Below, piece by piece: positions 52,117 to 63,032 of a stretch of 64,000 bases of DNA. The translations under genes and the position numbers were made by a program. Under the pieces are notes generated by a model. That model was not told the DNA's origin. It did not search any database and saw nothing but the letters and a program-made list of their open reading frames with translations. This stretch comes from Heptranchias perlo. Lineage: Eukaryota. Location of the stretch: positions 28,582,001 through 28,646,000 of the forward strand of contig NC_090330.1 in the NCBI RefSeq assembly GCF_035084215.1. The letters are read 5' to 3'. Each line of letters starts with the position of its first letter. The stretch's first letter is position 1.

Positions 52117-53838
52117 ATATCATAGTAGGTACAGCACAAGAGGAGGCCATTCAGCCCATTGTGCATGTGCCAGTTCTTTGAAAGAGCTATCCAATTAGTC
52201 CCATTCCCCTGCTTTTCCCCATAGCCCTCTAAATTATTTCCCTTCAAGTACTTATCCATTTCGCTTTTGAAAGTTACTAATGAATCTGCTTCCACCATCC
52301 TTTCAGGCAGTGCATTCCTGATCATGACAACTCGCTGCATAAAAAAATGTTTCCTAATGTTGCCTCTGGTTCTTTGCCGATTACCTTAAATCTGTGTCCT
52401 CTGGTTACCGACCCTTTTGCCACTGGAAACAGTTTCTCCTTATTTACTCTGTCAAAACCATTCATGATTTTGAAAACCTCTATCAAATCTTCCCTTAACC
52501 TTCTCTGTTCTAAGGAGAACAACCCCAGCTTCCCCAATCCCTCCACTTAACTGAAGTCCCTCATTCCTGGTACCATTCTAGTGAATCTCTTCTGCGCCCT
52601 CTCTAAGGCCTTAACATCTTTCCGAAAGTGTGTGCCCAGAATTGAATACATTACTCCAGCTGCGGCCTAACGAGTGTTTTATAAAGGATTAGCATAACTT
52701 CCTTGCTTTTGTACTCTATACTTCCATTAATAAAGCCCAGGATCCCATATGCTTTTTTAACAGCCTTTCTTTTATTCATTCATGGGATGTGGGCGTCGCT
52801 GGCAAGGCCAACATTTATTGCCCATCCCTAATTGCCCTTGAGAAGGTGGTGGTGAGCCGCCTTCTTGAACTGCTGCAGTCCGTGTGGTGAAGGTTCTCCC
52901 AGCTGTTAGGTAGGGAGTTCCAGGATTTTGATCCAGCGATGATGAAGAAACGGCGATATATTTCCAAATCAGGATGGTGTGTGACTTGGAGGGGAACTTG
53001 CAGGTGGTGGTGTTCCCATGTGCCTGCTGTCCTTGTCCTTCTAGGTGGTAGAGGTCGCGGGTTTGGGAGGTGCTATTGAAGAAGCCTTGGCGAGTTGCTG
53101 CAGTGCATCTTGTAGATGGTGCGCTGATAGTGAAGGGAGTGAATGTTTAAGGTGGTGAATGGGGTGCTAATCAAGTGGGCTGCTTTGTCCTGGATGGTGT
53201 CGAGCTTCTTGTGTTGTTGGAGCTGCACTCATCCAGGTAAGTGGAAAGTATTCCATCACTCTCCTGACTTGTGCCTTGTAGATGGTGGAAAGGCTTTGGG
53301 GAGCCAGGAGGTGAGTCACTCGATACAGAATTCCCAGTCTCTGACCTGCTCTTGTAGCCACAGTATTTATGTGGCTGGTCTCGTTTAGTTTCTGGTCAGT
53401 GGTGACCCCCCCAGGATGTTGATGGTGGGGGATTTGGCGATGGTAATACTATTGAATGTCATGGGGAGTTGGTTAGACTCTCTCTTGTTAGAGATGGTGA
53501 TTGCCTGGCACTTGTCTGATGCGAATGTTACTTGCCACTTATCAGCCCAAGCCTGGATGTTGTCCAGGTCTTGCTGCATGTGGGCACGGACTGTTTCATT
53601 ATCTGAGGGGTTGCGAATGGAACTGAACACTGTGCAATCATCAGTGAACATCCCCACTTCTGACCTTATGGTGGAGGGAAGGTCATTGATGAAGCAGTTG
53701 AAGATGTCTGGGCCTAGGACACTGCCCAACGAGTCCTACCACCTTCAAAGATTTGTGTACATACACCTGCAGTTCTCTCTGTTCCTGCACCCCCTTTAAA
53801 ATTGTACCATTTAGTTTATATTGTCTCTCCTCATTCTC
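52117..53838 (-). mobile_element. CR1 LINE 3' part interrupted by a second LINE
   Basis: LGLFSLEQRRLREDLIEVFK; host resumes at ~53728 (cctaccaccttcaaagatttg). Confidence 0.9.
52771..53727 (-). mobile_element. Second-family CR1-group LINE nested in CR1
   Basis: GSVLGPDIFNCFINDLP, MFTDDCT, YKAQVRRVMEY; (atgaatgaat) tail. Confidence 0.9.
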
Positions 53839-53983
53839 TGGTTTAAACTAATAGCTGGGAAACTTTAAAATGCTATTTTATTACATTAATAACTTAAACT
53901 AGATAAACTAATTAGTTAATAAAACTAAAAATAATCTAGTGAATAAAAACTTTAACTAATTAAATAAACAAGGTTAGATTGGG

Positions 53984-54198
53984 ATGGCAGGGCAGGTGGT
54001 GTGTCATAATTGCAGCATATGTGAGTTTGTGAAGACCAGCGAGATCCTGAGCAACCACATCTGCAGTAAGTATCTGCAGCTCGAGGAACCTCGGTTCAGA
54101 GTTGTTGGGCTGGAGTCCGAGCTGCAGACATTGCGATGCATCAGCGAGGGGGAGAGTTATCTGGACACTTTGTTCCAGGAAGCAGTTACACCCCTTGG
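53984..54198 (+). pseudogene. CR1 ORF1 N-terminus (zinc finger + leucine zipper), with probable 5' UTR from ~53840
   Basis: MAGQVVCHNCSICE...HICSKYLQLEE...LESELQTLRCISEGESYLDTLFQEAVTP. Confidence 0.75.
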
Positions 54199-54516
54199 AG
54201 TAGTGGGGAGAAACTCCATTGAATATAATCAGCAATGGAGGAGAGGTGCTAGGAATTTTAGGGTGGCGGTGACACAAGTTCTGCAATTGATAAATACATA
54301 AATCTGCTATTTAAACAAAGTTAGAACTATTGTGTAACACAGCTTAACATGTAAATGTGCTATATCATAAGTTACTGGGGTAATTCATATTCAGTTAATT
54401 TATAAAATAATAGAATAAAACTTGCTTGTATATAGAACAATGTGAAGCAATGCATACTCTGCCTAGTATCCAGATGTCTGACTTTTTTTACAATCTTAAT
54501 TTTTTTTAAAATTTAG

Positions 54517-54653
54517 TCAGCAGGATCAACAATGTACAGCTCAATGTGACCAATCCAGTCAAGATGCTGAGTGGAAAATCACTCGCTATCAAGTGCACAG
54601 TGACTGCAGAACTGAATTCAAGAGTTGAGATTCTCTGGGACTTCCCTGGCAAA
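54517..54653 (+). CDS. flt1: VEGF receptor 1, coding exon 6 (Ig domain 3, N-half)
   Basis: atttag|TC...AAA|gtaagt; 137 bp; VSRINNVQLNVTNPVKMLSGKSLAIKCTVTAELNSRVEILWDFPGK. Confidence 0.93.
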
Positions 54654-55941
54654 GTAAGTGTCTTAAGCAGGATACATACTTCAAAGGCATTGAAAGACAA
54701 AGTCTGGTTGATAACTCAGCCTTTGTTTCTGGGTCTCTCCCTTGCCCTTCAGAATTACCAGGAAATGTTGAAAGATGTTGCACTTTAAGTTCAAAGTATG
54801 AATAATTTGGATTGGCAGAGAGCATGGAAACTGAAAAAATATTGCACTGCCTTTAATTTCACATTTCTAAATCTTTGCACAGTGACATTCCTCCATAGTT
54901 TTAAAACAACACAAAATCTATTCAAAAATAACAGACTGCTGAAGAAGTGCAAAATAACATTAGATAAATTTAAACATAGTGAAAAAAGTATGCAGAACAA
55001 CCTTAAAAATACTTCCACATTCCTATTACTCTCTGAATAAGGTAGAAATGCAACCTTGCTATTCTTTTTTTGGTAAAAATACAAGTAAAAATAAATTATA
55101 TATTTTAAGTACAAACTTTTTAAATTGAGTTCCCTCTCTTACCCCCCCCCCCCCCCCCACCACAGACCACCGCCAAAACAAATAAATATTTAGGAGAAGC
55201 AATTTGAAGTTCCTTTCATGGCTTTTGCTTTACTGTAAAGATCTAGCCATTTGTTGGAAATCTATCATGTTACAGGTATTAGACACATTCTTTTGTAATG
55301 CAGTGATCCCTGAGATTACATTTGTTTCAACACATTCATGTAAAACACTGTCAGGTAAAAACACTCCCAGACTGGGTATATTTTGGAAAAGTTGTTATAA
55401 TGCCATTAATCAGGTTCTCATTTATAAAATGCCAGAAAGAACATTTTTTTGGGATAATGATGAGGGAAGGATTATTCTCACTATATTTCTCAAGTGAAAA
55501 AGCTGCAGAACGACTACTCAACATCACGAATGATTTGTCTGTCATACTGTATGGAAAATGTGCTACACAAAACATTTTTCTAATTTTGTTTTTATTTTAG
55601 GAACTTGGTTGAGTACAAATCATCATAGAAACAGCCTAATCTAAAACTCATATTTCCCCCCTCCCTTCCTGTTGAAATCAATGTGAAGAACATTATGAAT
55701 TGCTCCACAGGAAAAGGGTATTGTGTGTGCGGTACCCGTTGAGTGTAACAAATTATATTTCATGTACTATGGGAAAATGTGTAGTGGATTAAATTTGTTC
55801 AAACAAATGAGTCCTATACTAAATTAAAAGCAAATCCTATACTACACGAATTTAAAAAGAAAAAGTTTTGTACATTATGCAAGTAAAGCTGTGAAATAAA
55901 ATATGTTGTATTAGTACTCTGTTTTTGTATAATAACACACT

Positions 55942-57999
55942 GGGCTCGATTTTACCAGGCCTGCGGGTTTCCGGCGGGTTGGGTTTCGGGAGCGTGGTTA
56001 ACACGCTCGGCGAAATTAGTGGGTTGCCCGCGCGATCGTAGCAGGCAACACACTAATAGGAATCAATTACCTGCTCCTCCGGGTTCCGCGCCGCTGGTCT
56101 GCGCGTCGGGCGGGCTGCGCATGCGCATGCGCAGTACGATCTGTCAGCTGGAGGCTCTCTAGTTAAAGGGGCAGTCCTCCACTGACAGATGCTGCAACCA
56201 ATGGAACAAATTGCAGCATGGAGCAGCCCAGGGGGAAGGCTGCTCCCAGTTTAATGATGCCTCACCCCAGGTATCATCAGATGGGGTGAGGAGGAGGGGG
56301 AGGACAGAGATCTTCCCCCCGGCGGGCGGGAGGAAGTGGCCTGCCTCTGCCACCAAGAAGGCCTGGCTCGAGGTGGCAGAGGGGGTCACCTGCGCCACCA
56401 ACATATGGCCCACCTGCATACAGTGCAGGAGGCGCTGCAATGACCGCAGTAGGTCAGCCACAGTGAGAACACAAAGTCTTTCCCCTACACTCCGTCTGCC
56501 ACAACACTGCCCCCACCCCACATCTCCTTCGGCACCGCCAACACTACACTGTCACATCACCCTTCATACCCACTCAAACCCCATCCTCATCTTACCTCCA
56601 CCTACTCACCTCGCCAGTACTCATCCTGCCACTAACACGCAACCCAATCCTCATACAATCTCATGGCTCCATCCCATACTCACCCTCTCGTGCATCTCCC
56701 TCACGGCCAGCCTCACTCAACCTGCCACCACCTGTGCTGCAGCCACAGGGCATGCATCACATATGTGCAGTAGGCAGCATAAGGCAAACGTGTCGTGAGC
56801 ATGAAGGGGGTGCACAAGGGTGTCTGAGGGTTTGCCATGGGTGTCACCTATATTGAATTTCAGAGCAACAAACATCACACATTATATTGGCACCACCACT
56901 GCCATGTCTCCGCGAATCCTGTCCGTTGTGTCCAATAATGCCCGCTCCTGGGTATCACTATGAGGACCCACCACTGATGCCACCCATCGTGTTACTGCAG
57001 AGTAGGTGCAGGTGTATTTGCAGGGCTCTTCTGCGCAGACGACTGAGAGACATCCGAGGTGTACCCGGCTGCACCCTGGAAGGATGCGGAGGAGAGGTTG
57101 TGGAGGGCAGTGGTGACTTTGACAGCGACAGGTAGGCAGTTGGTGCTGGGGCCAGCCAGGAGCAGCTCGGCATGAAAGAGGCTGCAGATCTCGACGACTA
57201 CATGTCGAGCGAATCTGCGCCTCCGTGTGCACTGCTGCTCGGAGAGGTCCAGGGAGCTGTGCCTCGGTCTGTGGACCCTGTGGCGAGGGTAGTGCCCTCT
57301 GCGATGCGTCTCTCTCTGCGGTAGCCCTCCCTCTAGCTGTGCAGGTGGGCGTGCAACAACACCATGTTGGGGGGCTCCACGTCTCTGCGGTGGACGGCGT
57401 GGACTGCGAGGCTGCTGGGGCTGGTCATGCTGTTTGTCCTCCGAGGGTGTCCATGCACCACCCATCTGGCAGGTGTTGGTCTGAGGGGTTGTGCAGGGTA
57501 GGTGGGTGGTTCCTCGGACTGGGGCTGCGGTTTCGTGTCGGTCTGTCCTCTGGCTTGTCGGGGGGTGGTGGGGGGCAGGGGTTGCCCTATGTGCCGCGGT
57601 GGCCTCCTGCGTGGGTGAGGGCTCTCCCCCGTGGAGTGCACCTTGGCACCTGCCACAGGCTGCTGGCTGCAACACACCTGGTTGGAGGGAGACTGTTTCC
57701 CCCAGTGTGTGAAACACTCTGCGATGCAGGTAAAATCCCACACTTCCTCTTTTGACAGCTGATTCAGCTCATTAACTTACCTCAACAAGCAAGGTAAGTA
57801 CTCTCAAGTGGAACCCCGCTGGCTTTAATTGCCTGCGGGATTCCCACCAGCGGAGGTCACGCACGCAGCCCCGCACGTCATCGGGGAACCCGGAAGTGGT
57901 CGGGATCGCGGCGCGATCCGGTCACGTGACCGCATATCGGGATTTTCGGGGCCCCCCCCGCTGGAAACCCGCAGGAAACCCGACCCTAAAATCGAGCCC
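55942..57999. mobile_element. Non-autonomous Harbinger copy C (subfamily B/C; Myb half +, transposase half -)
   Basis: TIR gggctcgatttta / taaaatcgagccc; TSD ACT; near-identical inverted copy of B. Confidence 0.95.
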
Positions 58000-58413
58000 A
58001 CTCTCTCTATTTACTTAGTTGCTTGGTCCTCTCTACACAAATAGTCTACTATGGTCTGTATTTTGATGTTGCAGTAATTCCATGGTAACTGATGCGCAAT
58101 TATAATGACTTTTCTGGAGAATACCACTGGTTGCACCTTGTGTATAATTAACATTACGTCACTACAGGAATTCATGGTTACGATATAGATTCCAAAGCAT
58201 CTGTTGTACATATGATTAGAATCATTCTCTTTAAAATACAACCAGATGAGGAAAAATGGGGCTAAGATACTGTTCATTGTTTTTTATGAATGATGTGAAA
58301 ACAAAGGAACTTTAGAAATTTGCGTAGATTCACCCGATGGCTCAGTTCATAAATATGCTGTATGGTGTGACACTGAGTCATACGTCTGATCCCTGGACCA
58401 TACTCAGTTGTCT

Positions 58414-59445
58414 GGGGGTAAATTTTAACCCCACAAACAGGTGAATTGGGGGTGGCTGGGAAGGTAAAAATTGTAAAAAAACTAAAACCTACCTTCAACC
58501 TGCCCACTTCCGGTTTTGACGGAGGTGGATCGAGGGGCAGGCGACCAATCCGGAGGCGGGTTGAGGGGCGGGAGACGAACCCGCTCTTCGGAGGTAGGTC
58601 GGTCATTGACAGCTTTTAAGGAGACTGCAGGACTCCATGTTGTCAGCTTTTTTATTTTTAACTCCTGGGGGCTGGGATTCCCGGCCTTCTGCTTCACGCC
58701 ACATGAGAGGAGGCGAGAAGGCCCAAAACAGCACGTAAGTGGCTTTATTGCACTGCTTGTGGACCCAGAGGACTCGGAGTGCCTTCCCCAGGCTCAACAA
58801 GCCTACCTGCCACGATCCCACACACGCGATTGACCGAACCCCTCCCCCCCCCCCGACGATCTCCGACCCCTCCCCCCGACGATCTCCGACCCCTCCCCCC
58901 CGACGATCTCCGACCCCTCCCCCCCGACGATCTCCGACCCCTCCCCCCCGACGATCTCCGACCCCTCCCCCCCGACGATCTCCGACCCCTCCCCCCCGAC
59001 GATCTCCGACCCCTCCCCCCCGACGATCTCCGACCCCTCCCCCCCGACGATCTCCGACCCCTCCCCCCCGACGATCTCCGACACCCCCCACCGACTATCT
59101 CCGACACCGACCTCCCCCCGTCGATCAGCTAACCCGGCCCCTCCACCCCCGACGATCTCTAACTCCGACCTTCCCCTGACGATACCCGACCCCGACACCC
59201 CCCTCCCCGCCCCCTCGCCCATCTAAGACTTGCCTGCTAGCACCCGCTCCCTGGCTGTTCTCCCGTCCGACTGATGGCCAGCCTGTCAATCTGGCTGGCC
59301 TGTTGAATGGGAAACCTACAAAAAAAACGAAAGATGTCCTTACATCAAAATTGTACGGATATCCGGGAACCCGTATTTCGGGGCTTCAGATCAGGAAATC
59401 CGCCCCCACCACCCTCTTCCCGGCTGCTGGTTAAAATTTACCCCC
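58414..59445. mobile_element. MITE with 17-bp perfect TIR, Harbinger-related
   Basis: gggggtaaattttaacc / ggttaaaatttaccccc; TSD not resolved. Confidence 0.85.
58851..59200. repeat. 24-bp minisatellite (GACGATCTCCGACCCCTCCCCCCC) x10 plus ~4 degenerate units
   Basis: direct count of units starting 58855-59070. Confidence 0.95.
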
Positions 59446-59567
59446 AATCTCAGCCAAGGCAGTAATAGGGGTGTTACAATTGGCCTCAATCCCAGGTCAG
59501 GGAAGGGAAAAGTCAGCAGGGTTTCTGTTGCTGATGCCTAACCAGTCAGCACTGCTGGAAAAATTAT

Positions 59568-61610
59568 GGGCTAGATTTTCGCACCCGCGATCAGGTGCGT
59601 TCGTAGCAGGGGGCTGCGAAAATAGGGGATTCCCGGGGTGGGCCGGGAGCCCGGCTCCAACCCGCCCATTTCCGGTTTTCCACTGACGCGCTCACATGTG
59701 CGCGCAGCCCCCGCATGTGGGACTCCCGTCGGCAATTAAAGCCGGCGGGGTGCCACTTAAAGTACTTGAACAAGTACTTCAGGTTGTTTACAGACCTGAT
59801 TGACCTGTTATTTTAGCAGGGATGGGATTTTGCAACTGACTGAGACTGTTTCCCGTACTGGGGGAAACACTCCCAGTTCAAATGGACGTGTTGCAGCCAT
59901 CAGCCTGTGGCAGCTGCAAAGGTCCATTTGACAGGTGGGGGGGGGCGGGGGGAGACCCTCACTCATTGCAGGAGGCCACTCTGTCACTTTGGACAAAGTT
60001 TGGCCTCCACCACCCTCCTCCTAACAACAAAATTCACCAACTTGCACACTTACCCCGGTGTCCAGACATATTTAACTACCTTGCAGACCCTCTCAGATAT
60101 ACATCTTGCGGATGGGGGCCGCCGTAGCTGCAGTCATGACCTCCTCGGAGGGTGAACAGCATCACCAGCCTCGCCAGCCACGCTGTCCACCTCTGACACA
60201 TGGAGCTCCACAACACAGTACTGTGATACATCCACCTGCACAGCAGGAGGGAGGGCAACCGCAGAGAGAGAGATGCGTCGCAGAGGGCACTACCCTCGCC
60301 ACAGGGTCCACAGACCAAGGCTCAGCTTCCTGGACCTCTCTGAGCAGCAGTGCACACGGAGGCTCAGAGTCACTCGACATGTAGTCGTGGACATCTGCAG
60401 CCTCCTTCATGCCAAGCTGCTCCCAGCTGGCCCGAGCACCATCTTCTTACCTGTCGCTGTCAAAGTCACCACTGCCCTCAACAACTTCTCCTCCACATCC
60501 TTCCAGGGTGCCACCGGGGACATCGCCGACGTCTCTCAGTCGTCTGCACAAAAGAGCCCTGCAAATACACCTACACCCACTCTGCAGTGACACAATGGGT
60601 GGCATCAGTTGTGGGTCTTCATTGTGATCCTCAGGAAAGGGCATTATTGCACAAACCAGACAAGATTCGCAAAGACGTGGCAGTAGTGGTGCCAATATAA
60701 TATGTAATGTGAGTTGATCAGAAATTAAATATAAGTAAAAACCATGACAAACCCTCAAACACCCTTGTGCATCCCCTTCATGCTCACAACACGTTTGCCT
60801 TACACTTCCTACTGCACATATGTGATGCATGCCCTGTGGCTGCAGCACAGGTGGAGGCAGGTTGAGTGAGGCTGACTGTGAAAGAGATGCATGAGAGGGT
60901 GAGTATGAGATAAAGCCATGAGATTGTATGAGGATTGGGTTGAGTTGTAGTGGCAGGATGAGTATTGCGAGGTGAGTAAGTGCAGGTAAGATGAGGATGA
61001 GGTTTGAGTGGGTGTGAGGAGTGATGTGACAGAGTAGTGTTGGCTGTGCAGAAGGAGATGTGGGGTGGCGGCGGTGATGTGGCAGACGGAGTGTAGGGGA
61101 ATAAGTAAGTGTACTCACTTTGGCTGACCTACTTAGGTCATTGGAGCGCCTCCTGCACTGTATGCAGGTGGGCGATATGTTGGTGGTGCAGGTGACCTCC
61201 TCTGCCACCTCGAGCCAGGCCTTCTTGGTGGCAGAGGCAGGCCGCTTCCTCCCGCCCGCCGGGGGGAAGATCTCTGTCCTCCCCCTCCTCCTCACCCCAT
61301 CCAATAAGAGCTGGAGTGAGGCATCATTAAACCTGGGAGCAGCCTTCCCCCTGGGCTGCTCCATGCTTTAATTTTTTCTATTTCTTGCAGCATCAGTCAG
61401 TGGAGGACTGCCCTTTTAAATAGGGCTCCTCCAGCTGACAGACCTTACTGCGCATGCGTAGTCCGCCCGCCGCGCAGCTTAGCAGCAGGGAACCCGGAAG
61501 AACAATCAGCCTGCGATTGCGTGCGGGGCAGACTGATTTCACCGGGCACGTTACCCACGCGCCCAATCGACCCCCCGTCGCGAATCCGCCGCCATGGTAA
61601 TATCAGGCCC
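59568..61610. mobile_element. Non-autonomous Harbinger copy D (subfamily A/D; transposase half +, Myb half -)
   Basis: TIR gggctagatttt / aatatcaggccc; TSD TAT; inverted relative of A. Confidence 0.95.
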
Positions 61611-61929
61611 TATGTGTTTGTATTTTGATTGAGGTTTTAGCACAACCCCACTCCCCCAAATGATTCACTGATTCACACATTCTTACTTGAAAAACAGCCA
61701 TTTGGGTGAAACGACAAACAAAACACTGCAGATGCTGGAAATCTGAAACAAAAACAGAAGATGCTGGAAACACTGTGCACAGAAGAGTAGAAATCTATCC
61801 TGTTGGCAGAGATGGGATTTCTGCATTGGTTTCACTTTTATTATTGACAAGATAAACAATAATCAATAATTGGCTGAATCTACAGGCTAGTTATATACAA
61901 GCCCAATCACTTCTATCTGTGTGTTTCAG

Positions 61930-62104
61930 GGAAACAGAAGCACTTCCATAACGAATAGAATTGACCAGACAGATCCTGGGATAAATACATTCTACAGCAT
62001 CCTTGTTATAGATGAGGTGCTTAGATCTGACAAAGGGAACTACATATGTCAAGTGAAAAGTGGGGAAACAGTGAAAAAAAGGAAAGCAACGGTCAATGTT
62101 TATG
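61930..62104 (+). CDS. flt1: VEGF receptor 1, coding exon 7 (Ig domain 3, C-half)
   Basis: gtttcag|GGA...G|gtaaga; 175 bp; GNRSTSITNRIDQTDPGINTFYSILVIDEVLRSDKGNYICQVKSGETVKKRKATVNVY vs human RIDQSNSHANIFYSVLTIDKMQNKDKGLYTCRVRSG. Confidence 0.95.
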
Positions 62105-62624
62105 GTAAGAAATATTAAAATAAAATGAATATTCAAAGTCAAAATGTTCATTTATCCAGTGAGTCCTACAAATCCTTACTGTGTTCTTGCATTCTTGATG
62201 CTGTGCTTACCTGAGAGGTTCACGTAGGCCAGAAAACTTTATGCCAGCATTTGTGTTCTGTACATTGTCAGAGTTTGCAAGGTACATGAGACACTATGGA
62301 ACTCCAACTCGGGCAGCTTTTTGTATGAAGCATTTTCGTTTTCTCATTTCAAATGAATTCTAGAGCATACCAATCATTATTTAACATTACCACAGCAACT
62401 TTTAATGTCATTAGCAAAGAGAAAAAAATCCATCAACAATTAAAATGAATAGATGGAAAATCCTGTGGGCCCACTGATGTCTTTACTGGAATTCTCGACA
62501 TGTGCTCCCAGTGGGCGTGAATTTGTAAAAACCTGCCCAAAGAAATTGTGAAATATAATGTGAAGAAAACAATTTACAGTAAAACACTGACAAAGCTCAT
62601 ATATCAGTTTTATTAAATGTTTTA

Positions 62625-62935
62625 CTAAATGTCCTCAGAATACCCCAAAGTGGTTTACAGCCAATGAATTGCTTTTGACATGTAGTCACTACTGTTTTGT
62701 ACATAAATACAGCAACCAATTTGCAGACGGCAAGGTCCCACAAATAGCAATGCGATAAATAACTAGTTAATCTATTTTGGCTAGTACCAGCTGAGGGATA
62801 AATGTTGGCCAGTACGCAAAGAGAAACACCCACCTGTTCTTCAAATAGTACCATGGGATCTGTGACATTGCCTGAACAAACAGATAGGATCTCCATTTAA
62901 CGTATCATCCTCTGACAATGCAGCACTTGCTCAAT
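62625..62935 (-). mobile_element. Deu-domain SINE fragment
   Basis: revcomp atcccatggtactatttgaagaa...ggccaacatttatccctca...gtgactaca...cattggctgtaaa. Confidence 0.7.
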
Positions 62936-63032
62936 AGAAAGTTCCTTTTCAAGGGGCTCAATCTTTCTGAAAGAGTGGGAAGAGCCAGCAGAGCATTAGT
63001 ATCAATTTTATCATGATGATGTCACAAGTCAT

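Larger units (their letters stand above)
58335..61712 (+). mobile_element. LF-SINE-like element split by two DNA-transposon insertions
   Basis: pieces 58335-58413, 59446-59567 and 61611-61712 join into tggctcagtt...atctcagcc...tacaattggcctca...ctgctggaaa. Confidence 0.65.

Noticed and set aside
56211-56468. In-frame fusion of copy C Myb exon (phase 0) to flt1 exon 7
   Set aside because: Frameshift after the ATG leaves no in-frame Met; donor gtgaga is weak
58603-59222. Repetitive ORFs (PPPRRSPT, GGGVGDRR, DDLRPLPP), superficially like viral Arg-rich core tails or a CRISPR array
   Set aside because: All frames are open only because a 24-bp stop-free unit is repeated; no spacers, no viral context
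29325-62104. Assignment to kdr, kdrl or flt4
   Set aside because: PELSL, MTEG, TYKxIGLLxCE, YLTHR, RIDQ motifs and exon sizes fit FLT1 best; a phylogeny would confirm
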